Assembly (NCBI GenBank): GCA_964016885.1
Contig: OZ024764.1
Location: forward strand, 10,168,001-10,232,000
From: Eledone cirrhosa
Taxonomy: Eukaryota
DNA: 64,000 nucleotides
Direction of reading: 5' to 3'
Made by a program: the position numbers and the translations under genes. Below, one piece after another: positions 52,901 to 63,149 of this stretch. The notes below the pieces were generated by a model. It did no database searches and was not told where the DNA came from. It worked only from the letters and a program-made list of their open reading frames with translations. Each line of letters starts with the position of its first letter. The stretch's first letter is position 1.

Positions 52901-55900
52901 CGACGCTCTAACGACCCTACCAACTCGCTGCCTTCACCACCGTGGAAAAGAGCACCTAAAAACAATGATGATGCAAGAGGCCCACTCACAACTAATATTG
53001 AGTGGAGTTGAGGTACTTACTTCACTCAGTTCTTCCTCTTCTTCATCTTCTGGCACGATCTGTCAAGATAAATACGGCAGATGTGGGATGGTAAATCAAG
53101 CACAATATATATTACATGATACATCAGACAACAATAAGCAATACATATTACATCAAACACAACATACATTACATCAGACGAATGACACACAGTACACCTT
53201 GTATCAAACACTACACATGTTACATTAGACAATAACACACAATAGATGTTACATCAGACAAATGAAACACACAATATACCTTATATCAAACTCTACAGAT
53301 GTTACATCAAACTCTACACATGTTACATCAGACACAACAATACATGCTATATCAAACACAACAAACAATACATCAGATATAACATACATGTTACATCAAA
53401 CATACACCAGACACGACGTTACATCAGACACAACAAACAATACATGTTACATCAGACACATAACACACAATAACATGATACATCAGACACACTACATACA
53501 TTAAATATACAGGTGAGAGAAACGTAAAATTACCTTTTCATCAACAATATGTTTCACCTTTGACTGTCCATCTTCATTATCTCCACTTGATATACTCTCC
53601 TTTAAAGAGATCTTGGCACCCTCTTGAGAGAGGTAGGCAAGAAAAACAAATTAATATTTAACGTTCTGTACCACAATAAACCACATTCTTGAAAAGTACA
53701 AAACACTATGACTACATCACATTAAATATTAAAGTCTTTACTATAATACTGTAAATTTTCCCAACAATCTGTCCACCAGTAAAGATACTATAAACATATT
53801 GTTGTTACAATTCACACCTCTGTAGGTTTTGCCTGCAAAATCTGTCCAGCAATTCTTTCCTGAGATATTCTAACCACATGTCTGTAGTATCAGAGTTGTG
53901 ATCTATCAATTCAGAGATTCTTTCCTGGGACATTTTAACCAAATGTCTGTAGTATCATCAGAGCTGTGATCTCTCAATTCAGAGATTCTTTCCTGAGACA
54001 TTCTAACCACATGTCTGTAATATCAGAGCTGTGATCTCTCAATTCAGAGATTCTTTCCTGAGACATTCTAACCACATGTCTGTAGTATCAGAGCTGTGAT
54101 CTCTCAATTCAGAGATTCTCTCCTGAGACATTCTAACCACATGTCTGTAGTATCAGAGCTGTGATCTCTCAATTCAGAGATTCTCTCCTGAGACATTCTA
54201 ACCACATGTCTGTAGTATCAGAGCTGTGATCTCTCAATTCAGAGATTCTTTCCTCAGACATTCTAACCACATGTCTGTAGTATCAGAGCTGTGATCTCCC
54301 AATTCGGATAAGTAGCAGCTCTACCTGGAGTCACTCCCTGATCTCCAAGCTTCACACTCTATCGAGTAATGTTACTCCAAAGACCCTTCAAAGGAGCCCT
54401 TGAGATTAACCCCATTTCAGCCACTTGTATTCTAACCAGATGTCTGTAATATCAGAGCTATGATCTCTGTGAACGAAGTCATATGAAACAAAATGTTTTA
54501 CTGGTCAACTCAAGACTCCACCAGGGCAAAGGATTGAACCCACATCGTCTACAAGGCCCTATGTGTCCCCTAAAAAAATAAAATAAAACCTAAAGGGTGC
54601 AAACTCACTGACAAACTTTCCTTGCTTCTCCATGGCCAACTTTACATCTTCGGCATTAAAGAGTTCAGCAAATACGATACCTAAAAATATAGAATTGGAT
54701 CATACAGTTCTTTACTTCTTTACGTGTGTTGCGTATGCATGTATATATATATATATATATACATATGTATGTGTGTGAAGGCGTGTGGCTGAGTGGTTAG
54801 AGAATTGGATTCGCAATCATGAGGTTGTGAGTTCGATTCCTGGGCCAGGTGATCTGTTATGTCCTTGGGCAAGACACTTTATTTCACGTTGCTCCTTCTA
54901 TCTGGAGCTGCAACCAATAGAGAGTATTAGCAATTGGAAAGACCAATGGAAACATCGTTTCCTCGGTCCGATTTGATATATATATTTATATACAATGTAT
55001 AATAATCAAAGATTGTTTAATCTTTCAAACATTTAATAACTCCCATGACTTTTGGAAACATCTTTTCATTCTCAGAGTTGCTGAAGCATGGAACAAACCA
55101 TCTGCATCAGTTGTTAGCTGTCAAGACACTGCATCCTTTAAAACCTCCATGGTACAAACTCCCAGCATCAGTTGTTAGCTGTCAAGACACTGCATCCTTT
55201 AAAACCTCCATGGTACAAACTAGCTGCATCAGTTGTTAGCTGTCGAGACACTGCATCCTTTAAAACCTCCATGGTACAAACTAGCTGCATCAGTTGTTAG
55301 CTGTCGAGACACTGCATCCTTTAAAACCTCCATGGAACAAACTACCTGCATCAGTTGTTAGCTGTTGAGACACTGCATCCTTTAAAACCTCCATGGAACA
55401 AACTACCTGCATCAGTTGTTAGCTGTTGAGACACTGCCTCCTTTAAAACCTCCATGCTTCCCGAGATTCTCCAACACTACACCTGATATCCTCTCTCCAT
55501 ACACACGCACACATGTATTTCATGACTCATACACTGTTCACTTTGCTGACATTTGTACATTATTCTATGTACTATATATACATGCACCTTTGATGAGTTG
55601 TAGTGCACCTGAGAATTGTACACAATAATTTCATTATTATTATTATTTTATAATATAAAAAAGATATCCATTTACCAACTCTATATTCTCGTGACTCATA
55701 AATATATCGAAACAGTAAGACTTTAGATAGATAAATCGGTATAAGATACAGATATTTATGGCTGCTTTTACTACTACTACTACTACTAGTGCCACCACTA
55801 CTACCATTACTACTACTACTACCACCACCACCACCACCACCACACCATACACTGATAACTTACCAAATTGTTTATGATTAAGTCCTCGCGGTACATGGAT

Positions 55901-58900
55901 TTGTTTCACTTTGATGGGGTAGAAAAACTCCTTTACAGTATCCTGAAATTAATTTTAAAAAAAAACCTTTTAACTGTACTCATAGTTTAATGTATTCAGA
56001 TGATGTTTGGAACATAACTTAATGAAGGAAATATATATATATATATATATATATTGGTAGAAGCTCTCTACATTCCAGAACCACATCATGAGACTTATGA
56101 CTGGCAAGCAGCTCAGAGCTGTATGGGAGCCTCCCAAAAATCAGCTCGAAAGTAACACAGAGGTGACTGAGGTTAGCTGGACATGCTCACCGACATTCAG
56201 AGTTGACACTGCACTCAGTGGTCCTGTGGGAGCCCCTACACAGACACACTAGAAGAGGGAGACCAAGGTTGACATATGTTGATGCACTCAGGACAGACAC
56301 TGGTCTCTTGGTGTTTGGAACATAACTTAAAGAGTTTTACAGAAAATTATGATGGAAGATTTTTTAGATAAATACAAACACTTTAAACCTTTCATTACCA
56401 TATTTCTAATGTAAGACACTGTTGGTGTTTGGAACATAACTTAACAAAGGTTCTTACATAAAATTATGATGGAAGACATTTAATTTCAATATAAACACTT
56501 TATTCATCATTATGAAAAAAGTTAATGAATACTTACAATATGATATCTACCAGTGAGGCCTTTCATTCTAACAGAATATCTGATTGGTTGGGGTTCTGGC
56601 TGTGAGAGGAGAAAACAAAGACATTGTTGGTGTTTGGAACCTAACTTAACAAAGGTTCTTACATGAAATTATGATGGAAGGTTTTTAGATAAATATAAAC
56701 ACTTTAACCCTTTCATTACCATATTTCTAATGAAAGACACTGTTGGTGTTTGGAATATAACTTAACAAAGGTTCTTACATGAAATTATGATGGAAGGTGT
56801 TTAGATAAATATAAACACTTTAACCCTTTCATTACCATATTTCTAATGAAAGACACTGTTGGTGTTTGGAATATAACTTAACAAAGGTTCTTACATGAAA
56901 TTATGATGGAAGGTTTTTAGATAAATATAAACACTTTAACCCTTTCATTACCATATTTCTAATGAAAGACACTGTTGGTGTTTGGAATATAACTTAACAA
57001 AGGTTCTTACATGAAATTATGATGGAAGGTTTTTAGATAAATATAAACACTTTAACCCTTTCATTACCATATTTCTAATGAAAGACACTGTTGGTGTTTG
57101 GAATATAACTTAACAAAGGTTCTTACATGAAATTATGATGGAAGGTTTTTAGATAAATATAAACACTTTAACCCTTTCATTACCATATTTCTAATGAAAG
57201 ACACTGTTGGTGTTTGGAATATAACTTAACAAAGGTTCTTACATGAAATTATGATGGAAGGTGTTTAGATAAATATAAACACTTTAACCCTTTCATTACC
57301 ATATTTCTAATGAAAGACACTGTTGGTGTTTGGAATATAACTTAACAAAGGTTCTTACATGAAATTATGATGGAAGGTGTTTAGATAAATATAAACACTT
57401 TAACCCTTTCATTACCATATTTCTAATGAAAGACACTGTTGGTGTTTGGAATATAACTTAACAAAGGTTCTTACATGAAATTATGATGGAAGGTTTATAG
57501 ATAAATATAAACACTTTAACCCTTTCATTACCATATTTCTAATGAAAGACACTGTTGGTGTTTGGAATATAACTTAACAAAGGTTCTTACATGAAATTAT
57601 GATGGAAGGTGTTTAGATAAATATAAACACTTTAACCCTTTCATTACCATATTTCTAATGAAAGACACTGTTGGTGTTTGGAATATAACTTAACAAAGGT
57701 TCTTACATGAAATTATGATGGAAGGTCTTTAGATAAATATAAACACTTTAACCCTTTCATTACCATATTTCTAATGAAAGACACTGTTGGTGTTTGGAAT
57801 ATAACTTAACAAAGGTTCTTACATGAAATTATGATGGAAGGTGTTTAGATAAATATAAACACTTTAACCCTTTCATTACCATATTTCTAATGAAAGACAC
57901 TGTTGGTGTTTGGAATATAACTTAACAAAGGTTCTTACATAAAATTATGATGGAAGGTTTTTAGATAAATATAAACACTTTAACCCTTTCATTACCATAT
58001 TTCTAATGAAAGACACTATTGGTGTTTGGAACAACTTAACACTGTGTATATGTAGCTGGTCTCTTGGACTTTTACAAAGTGCTGAGGGGATAAAGTTGAT
58101 ATAAAGAGTTGTTTGCTCATGCACAACTATTACTAAAAATACAACATCAACATTACCTTAGAATTTACAGGAACCTTTTCGGACTTCGGGTTTTCTCTGG
58201 GTGTTGACTTTTCAATAACATTATTACCACTGGCTGAAATATATCAGAGAGAGAGAAATACATTTTAGTTAACAGGAGGGTCATGGCTGGAACATCCTTG
58301 ATCATAGGTGCTGGATCAAGACTGACCTAGGGCTAAACATTAGATAATATAGTCCTAGATACACTGTCTGTATATAAGACAGGACACATTAGATAATGTA
58401 GTCCTAGATACACTGTGTCTGTATATAAGACAGGACACATTAGATAATGTAGTCCTAGATACAGTGTGTCTGTAAATATGACAGGACACATTAGATAATG
58501 TAGTCCTAGATAGACTATGTCTGGGTATAAGACTGGAAACATTAGATAATGTAGTCCTAGATACACTGTGTCTGTATATAAGACAGGACATATTTGATAA
58601 TGTAGTCCTAGATATACTGTGTCTGAATAAGAGACAGGATGGTCACAGGTGGAACATCTTTCATCATATCATAAGTCTACTGGATAACAGGCCTACCAGA
58701 TCCGGCATAGGACTGACCTGAGGCTCAAGAACAAGATGTAAAGATCTTCACCCATTTAACATTTAATAAAAAAAGGAAAAATAGAAAGGAAAAAGAAAAA
58801 CAGTAGAGCTAGCTTACCTTTTTTAGTCATTGTTTCATATTCATCATCAGCAGATTCATTGCCAGAATCATCAAAAACAACTTCAGAGGATCCACTGGAA

Positions 58901-61900
58901 CTTTTGTTCTTGTTTTGGGACTTAAACGAGTCCTTCAAGAACTCAATAGTGTCGTTACTCCACATATTCTTGGCTCCTTTCCCTGACAATCTGTGAGCTT
59001 CCCAAAATTCCAAAAACTCGGAATTGTCATAAAGCTGGGGAAACAAAAGTTAAAATTCTACTATATATACTTGTGTAAAAGTCGAATTCTGTAAACCAAT
59101 TTATTCTCCTTCTTCACCTCCTTATTCCAGAGAGGGTCGTAGGGTCAGAGTCCTCAAAAATTATGTATAATATGTGCATATATACACACATACACACACA
59201 CACATCATCATCATCATTTCATTTTACGTCCACTTTTTCCCTGCTTGCAAGGGTGGGACGGGAACTGATGCTGGCTTGATTTCTACAGCTGGATGCCCTT
59301 CCTAACACCAACCTCATTTACAGTGAGTGCTGGGTGCTTTTTTGCCGTGGCACCTCCACGACCACTTTGCAGTGGAGTGATAGGGACCCCAGTCCCTATC
59401 ATCTCATTTCTACAGCTGAGTAAACTGGAGCAATGTGAAATAAAGTGTCTTGCTCAAGGAAACAACACATCACCCGGTCTGAGAATTGAACTCACAACCT
59501 TTCGATTGCAAGGCCAATGCTCTAACCACTAAGCCATGTGCCATATATATATATATAAACAATGAGTTAGAGACTTTGTTGATATGTAATAAATGGAATT
59601 ATGTTCATAAGAGATACGAAGCACACCACAGATAAATATTAATCTGGAGTATTATGACGCCGGGGTTGACTTTGCCTTTCATCCTTACGGGGTCGATAAA
59701 ATAAAGTACCAGTAATGCACTGGGTAATTGCTGGCCTTGTGCCTAAAGTAGAAACAATTATGATGATAATAGGAATAAATGAAATATATGTCACTATAGC
59801 ATCATTATTTATTTCATTATAGGGCGGTGGATTGGCAGTATCGGTAGAGGGTCGGACGCCATGCGTTGACGCATAGAGTTACGGCCCTTGCCATTCTGAG
59901 TTCAAATCTCGCCGAGGTTAACTTTGCCTTTCATCCTTACGGGGTCGATAAAATAAAGTACCAGTAATGCACTGGGTCATTGCTGGCCTTGTGCCTAATG
60001 TAGAAATAATTATTTATTTCATTATATATATTTCAGGGATGCTAAATTATAGCATGCCTTCTTCAGACAAAATACAATATTAGATGTATAAAATATTATA
60101 TGACAGACTCGTAAAGGAGACCGTATACGATCAATTCTAAACGGGTATATATATATATACTAAATACGTTTTTACATTATATGTTGGAGGCACATGGTTT
60201 AGTGGTTAGAGCATTGGCCTTGCAATCGAAAGGTTGTGAGTTCAATTCTCAGACTGAGTGATGTGTTGTTTCCTTGAGCAAGACACTTTATTTCACGTTG
60301 CTCCAGTTCACTCAGCTGTAGAAATGAGATGATAGGGACTGGGGTCCCTATCATTCCACTGCAAAGTGGTCGTGCAGGTGCCACAACAAAAAAGCACCCA
60401 GCACTCACTGTAAAGTGGACGTGGAGGTGCCACGGAAAAAAAGCACCCAGCACTCACTGTAAATGAGGTTGGTGTTAGGAAGGGCATCCAGCTGTAGAAA
60501 TCAAGCCAGAATCAGTTCCCGTCCAACCCTTGCAAGCAGAGAAAAGGGGACATAAAATGAAATGATGATGATGATGTTGATTTATGAATGTTCGTAAATC
60601 AATATTTAATGTAAAGACATATTTGGTATCTATTTTAATGAATAATTTGCTTCATGTGTAATTATTATATTTAACACAATAGGATTTTGTACACATGCTT
60701 GTTTGGAAAATTCTTTCAAAGTATGAAACAGCCCTTTGCACGGCTTATAATAATAAATTAACATATTTCCTGGCGTTGAAGATGCTATTTTTTCCCTAAA
60801 ATAAGTCTCAAAAATCTACCATGTGTCCTGTAGGCCGAAGGTTGTTTATTATTTTTTTTCAAATTTTTGGTTGTCGAAATTAGGGTGCATCCTCGAGGAC
60901 AAAGCGTCTTCGACGCCAGGGAATATGGTGCTCTATTTTGAGCTGTTTTTAACTTCTCCACCTATGTTTCTAATTATTTATATTGTTTTTGTAAAAAACG
61001 ATATGTATTTCATATATATTTATATAAAAACAGTCCACTCTGTAATGACGCTATTTAGGTAACACGGTAAAAACCTTCCAGTCCACACTGTAAATGTGGT
61101 TGGTGTGAGGAAGGGCATCCAACCGTAGAAAACCTGCCAGACAGTCCTATACGAGCGAGACACGGTCACCCGACACCAATCTTACCTCAAATGGGACAAT
61201 TCCCGTCTAACCCATGCTAGCGTGGAAGATAGACATGAAACGATGATGATGATGATATATATGTGTGTGTGTGTGTATATAAATGACCAGGTAGACCACA
61301 CACTGGACTATAAATGACCATGTAGACCACACACTGGACTATAAATGACCAGGTAGACCACACACTGGACTATAAGTGACCAGGTAGACCACACACTGGA
61401 CTATAAGTGACTAGGTAGACCAGACACTGGACTATAAATGACCAGGTAGACCACACACTGAACTATAAGTGACCAGGTAGACCACACACTGGACTATAAA
61501 TGACCAGGTAGACCACACACTGGACTATAAGTGACCAGGTAGACCACACACTGGACTATAAATGACCAGGTAGACCACACACTGGACTATAAGTGACCAG
61601 GTAGACCACACACTGGACTATAAGTGACCATGTAGACCACACACTGGACTATAAATGACCAGGTAGACTACACACTGGACTATAAATGACCAGGTAGACC
61701 ACACACTGGACTATAAGTGACCATGTAGACCACACACTGGACTATAAATGACCAGGTAGACTACACACTGGACTATAAATGACCAGGTAGACCACACACT
61801 GGACTATAAGTGACCAGGTAGACCACACACTGGACTATAAATGACCAGGTAGACCACACACTGGACTATAAGTGACCATGTAGACCACACACTGTACTAT

Positions 61901-62848
61901 AAATGACCAGGTAGACCACACACTAGACTATAAATGACCAGGTAGACCACACACTGGACTATAAGTGACCAGGTAGACCACACACTGGACTATAAATGAC
62001 CAGGTAGACCACACACTGGACTATAAGTGACCATGTAGACCACACACTGTACTATAAATGACCAGGTAGACCACACACTAGACTATAAATGACCAGGTAG
62101 ACTACACACTGGACTATAAATGACCAGGTAGACCACACACTGAATTATAAGTGACCAGGTAGACCACACACTAGACTATAAATGACCAGGTAGACCACAC
62201 ACTGGACTATAAATGACCAGGTAGACCACACACTGAATTATAAGTGACCAGGTAGACCACACACTAGACTATAAATGACCAGGTAGACCACACACTAGAC
62301 TATAAATGACCAGGTAGACCACACACTGGACTATAAGTGACCAGGTAGACCACACACTGGACTATAAATGACCAGGTAGACCACACACTGGACTATAAGT
62401 GACCAGGTAGACTACACACTGGACTATAAATGACCAGGTAGACCACACACTGGACTATAAGTGACCATGTAGACCACACACTGGACTATAAATGACCAGG
62501 TAGACCACACACTGGACTATAAGTGACCAGGTAGACTACACACTGGACTATAAATGACCAGGTAGACCACACACTGGACTATAAATGACCAGGTAGACTA
62601 CACACTGGACTATAAATGACCAGGTAGACCACACACTGGACTATAAGTGACCAGGTAGACCACACACTGGACTATAAGTGACCAGGTAGACCACACACTG
62701 GACTATAAATGACCAGGTAGACCACACACTGGACTATAAATGACCAGGTAGACCACACACTGGACTATAAATGACCAGGTAGAAAAATTGTTTGACTCAC
62801 ATCTCCGAGAAGTTCTTTCATCTTGTCTTCATTGTTCCTTTTGTGGAT
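29642..62848 (-). CDS. RBM19: RNA-binding protein 19 (Mrd1 orthologue, multi-RRM ribosome biogenesis factor), 23 exons in window, 5' part off the right edge
   Basis: 23 GT-AG exons join in frame (2271 nt, 756 aa + stop). Diagnostic motifs: [107 protein letters not shown]. Confidence 0.96.
29735..31250. repeat. GATGT-pentamer satellite grading into a 24-bp unit; fills the last RBM19 intron
   Basis: GATGT/GAGAT/GGTGT units; GACATTAGATGGAATGTGAAATGT at 30980-31250. Confidence 0.92.
31418..31541 (-). CDS. RBM19: RBM19 exon
   Basis: [41 protein letters not shown]. Confidence 0.95.
31555..32090 (-). mobile_element. RTE family-A 3' fragment
   Basis: [17 protein letters not shown]; same tail. Confidence 0.85.
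33237..33342 (-). CDS. RBM19: RBM19 exon (RRM6 RNP1)
   Basis: [35 protein letters not shown]. Confidence 0.95.
33373..33890 (-). mobile_element. RTE-clade LINE 3' end (family B) with long 3' UTR
   Basis: [26 protein letters not shown]; the UTR contains the module found in SINE A. Confidence 0.8.
34200..35530 (-). mobile_element. CR1/L2-type LINE 3' end with 61-bp array (about 12 copies, 34710-35445)
   Basis: [18 protein letters not shown] + CATGGAGGTTTTAAAGGATGCAGTGTCTCGACAGCTAACAACTGATGCAGGTAGTTTGTTC repeats. Confidence 0.8.
35592..35708 (-). CDS. RBM19: RBM19 exon (RRM6 start)
   Basis: [39 protein letters not shown]. Confidence 0.95.
35769..35815 (-). ncRNA. Degenerate minimal hammerhead-like motif
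   Basis: TACT-CTGATGA-ATCC..GGAT-GAAACGATTAT-A-AGTG on the - strand. Confidence 0.4.
36105..36890 (-). mobile_element. RTE-clade LINE 3' end (family C); UTR-only sisters at 8130-8350, 24620-24850, 25632-26010, 44207-44612, 61030-61255
   Basis: Degraded WYGHV coding end + shared UTR ..GCATGGAAGATAGACGTTAAACGATGATG. Confidence 0.75.
36946..37405 (+). mobile_element. SINE family A (5'-truncated), tail B, internal 48-bp unit x4
   Basis: CACTGTAAAGTGGTCATGGAGGTGCCACGGCAAAATACCACCCAG repeated; ends AACCCATGCTAGCGTGGAAG.. Confidence 0.8.
38068..38203 (-). CDS. RBM19: RBM19 exon (RRM5 RNP1)
   Basis: [45 protein letters not shown]. Confidence 0.95.
38506..39030. repeat. 65-bp tandem repeat (about 8 copies)
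   Basis: TTCTTTCCTGAGACATTCTAACCACATGTCTGTAGTATCAGAGCTGTGATCTCTCAATTCAGAGA. Confidence 0.92.
39593..39659 (-). CDS. RBM19: RBM19 exon
   Basis: [23 protein letters not shown]. Confidence 0.92.
40546..40662 (-). CDS. RBM19: RBM19 exon (RRM5 start)
   Basis: [39 protein letters not shown]. Confidence 0.93.
40836..42600. repeat. 85-bp minisatellite (about 21 copies)
   Basis: CTGGGAAATTATAACACACATAACCCTATCAGTGAAGCCCTTTAGTATAGGGCAACTAACAGAAGTATTACGGTTACGAAAGGAC. Confidence 0.95.
42748..42870 (-). CDS. RBM19: RBM19 exon
   Basis: [16 protein letters not shown]...NEKK. Confidence 0.94.
43419..43619 (-). CDS. RBM19: RBM19 exon (RRM4)
   Basis: [19 protein letters not shown]...[13 protein letters not shown]. 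Confidence 0.95.
44714..45185 (+). mobile_element. Hammerhead-bearing retroelement remnant (Penelope-like pLTR or retrozyme-like)
   Basis: Bounded by direct repeat ACTCTAATTTTCATATATA (44714, 45165), inserted in (TA)n, carries the intact hammerhead. Confidence 0.55.
44892..44971 (+). ncRNA. Type I hammerhead ribozyme (fully paired)
   Basis: Stem I TCTCTCG/CGAGAGA; CTGATGA (+1 A); stem II GCCC/GGGC; GAA; stem III ACAGATTA-GGGA-TAATCTGT; GTC cleavage triplet ending at 44964. Confidence 0.85.
45538..45648 (-). CDS. RBM19: RBM19 exon
   Basis: [37 protein letters not shown]. Confidence 0.95.
46533..46629 (-). CDS. RBM19: RBM19 exon
   Basis: [32 protein letters not shown]. Confidence 0.95.
46690..47210. 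repeat. (CAC/CAA)n trinucleotide tract filling an RBM19 intron
   Basis: ACC/AAC repeats. Confidence 0.9.
47217..47280 (-). CDS. RBM19: RBM19 exon
   Basis: [22 protein letters not shown]. Confidence 0.88.
47320..48260. repeat. 48-bp minisatellite (about 20 copies, higher-order structure), related to 9670-11210
   Basis: CCACTTTACAGAGTGTACTGGGTGTATTT..GCACCA.CACTA. Confidence 0.9.
48333..48387 (-). CDS. RBM19: RBM19 exon
   Basis: [18 protein letters not shown]. Confidence 0.92.
48485..48990. repeat. 108-bp tandem repeat (about 4.5 copies); single inverted copy at 53695-53800
   Basis: TTTACAGTATTACAGTAAAGACTTTAATATTTAATGTGATGTAGTCATAGTG.. Confidence 0.9.
49132..49262 (-). CDS. RBM19: RBM19 exon (RRM3)
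   Basis: [44 protein letters not shown]. Confidence 0.95.
50050..50247. repeat. Inverted repeat (about 90-bp arms)
   Basis: AATAAACAACACAATATAATTATTCCATTACCCAAGGTTTCA.. mirrored at 50197-50240. Confidence 0.85.
50145..50217 (+). ncRNA. Type I hammerhead-like motif in a fold-back element
   Basis: ATTCCTT-CTGATGA-GCGA..AGACG..CGTCT..TCAT-GAA-ACC TTG GGT-A-ATGGAAT; related degenerate copies at 2062-2111 (+) and about 45220-45290 (-). Confidence 0.55.
50261..51313 (+). mobile_element. Two SINE A copies (50261-50648 tail A; 50871-51313 tail B) bracketing an RBM19 exon
   Basis: Same head and body, different 3' tails. Confidence 0.85.
50727..50802 (-). CDS. RBM19: RBM19 exon (RRM3)
   Basis: [26 protein letters not shown]. 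Confidence 0.95.
51440..52020. mobile_element. Fold-back element with an internal 17-bp tandem array
   Basis: Inverted termini TATATTAGAATTTCGTATTT../..AAATACGAAATTCTAATATA; GCCGTAGCTATGTGAAA x about 24 (51500-51908). Confidence 0.8.
52426..52649. repeat. Near-perfect AT-rich palindrome (about 110-bp arms, 2-nt centre)
   Basis: ATATCAAGATAAGCAG...TACCTATT-TG-AATAGGTA...CTGCTTATCTTGATAT, one small indel. Confidence 0.9.
53021..53059 (-). CDS. RBM19: RBM19 exon (39 nt)
   Basis: [13 protein letters not shown], acidic linker before RRM3. Confidence 0.85.
53534..53622 (-). CDS. RBM19: RBM19 exon
   Basis: [30 protein letters not shown]; AAG / GTAATT. Confidence 0.8.
53853..54310. repeat. 65-bp tandem repeat (about 7 copies)
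   Basis: Same unit and flanks as 38506-39030. Confidence 0.92.
54609..54680 (-). CDS. RBM19: RBM19 exon
   Basis: [24 protein letters not shown]. Confidence 0.88.
54777..54975 (+). mobile_element. SINE with tRNA head and a further 3' body (sister 4545-4710 -)
   Basis: TGGCTGAGTGG..GTTCGATTCC, CCTTGGGCAAGACAC, then GCAATTGGAAAGACCAATGGAAACATCGTTTCCTCGGTCCG. Confidence 0.7.
55043..55645 (+). mobile_element. CR1/L2-type LINE 3' end with 61-bp array (about 6 copies)
   Basis: Reverse orientation of the same unit, (ATT)n tail. Confidence 0.8.
55864..55942 (-). CDS. RBM19: RBM19 exon
   Basis: [27 protein letters not shown]. Confidence 0.88.
56537..56599 (-). CDS. RBM19: RBM19 exon (RRM2 RNP2)
   Basis: [21 protein letters not shown]; CAG / GTAAGT. 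Confidence 0.85.
56625..58040. repeat. 116-bp minisatellite (about 12 copies)
   Basis: ACTTTAACCCTTTCATTACCATATTTCTAATGAAAGACACTGTTGGTGTTTGGAATATAACTTAAC.. Confidence 0.95.
58157..58233 (-). CDS. RBM19: RBM19 exon
   Basis: [26 protein letters not shown]; phase 1 to 0. Confidence 0.8.
58818..59034 (-). CDS. RBM19: RBM19 exon
   Basis: [14 protein letters not shown]...WSNDT...ETMTKK; CAG / GTAAGC. Confidence 0.9.
59205..60577. mobile_element. Inverted SINE A pair (59205-59543 -, 60186-60577 +) with SINE B copies between (59657-60015 +)
   Basis: Sequence identity to the other copies. Confidence 0.85.
60762..60927. mobile_element. MITE (Tc1/mariner-Tigger-like TIRs)
   Basis: CATATTTCCTGGCGTTGAAGATGCT / AGCGTCTTCGACGCCAGGGAATATG. 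Confidence 0.6.
61278..62782. repeat. 31-bp minisatellite (about 48 copies)
   Basis: TATAAATGACCAGGTAGACCACACACTGGAC. Confidence 0.95.
62801..62848 (-). CDS. RBM19: RBM19 exon
   Basis: [16 protein letters not shown]; CAG / GTGAGT. Confidence 0.8.
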
Positions 62849-63149
62849 CTGAGGAAAAAAATGTGAGAAATAGAGTTAGAGATAGTGAGGTGGATATATA
62901 GAAGGGTAGGTAGGGAGATGGGTGAATAGATATATAGATAGGTGGAGAAAGAGGAACAGATAGTGAGGTGGATATATATATATATAGAGAGAGAGAGAGA
63001 AGTAGATAGGTAGATAGACAGAAGGGTATATGGAGATAGAAAGAATACGATCACAAGCAGCCAAAATGGGGTTCCTCTGAAGGGTCTTTAGAGTAATGTT
63101 ACTTGATAGAGATCAGAGAGTCGCTCCAGGTCGAGCTGCTACTTCTCTG

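Noticed and set aside
61278-62782. 31-bp and other arrays resembling CRISPR repeats
   Set aside because: Contiguous tandem units with no unique spacers, no cas genes, and an intronic eukaryotic context
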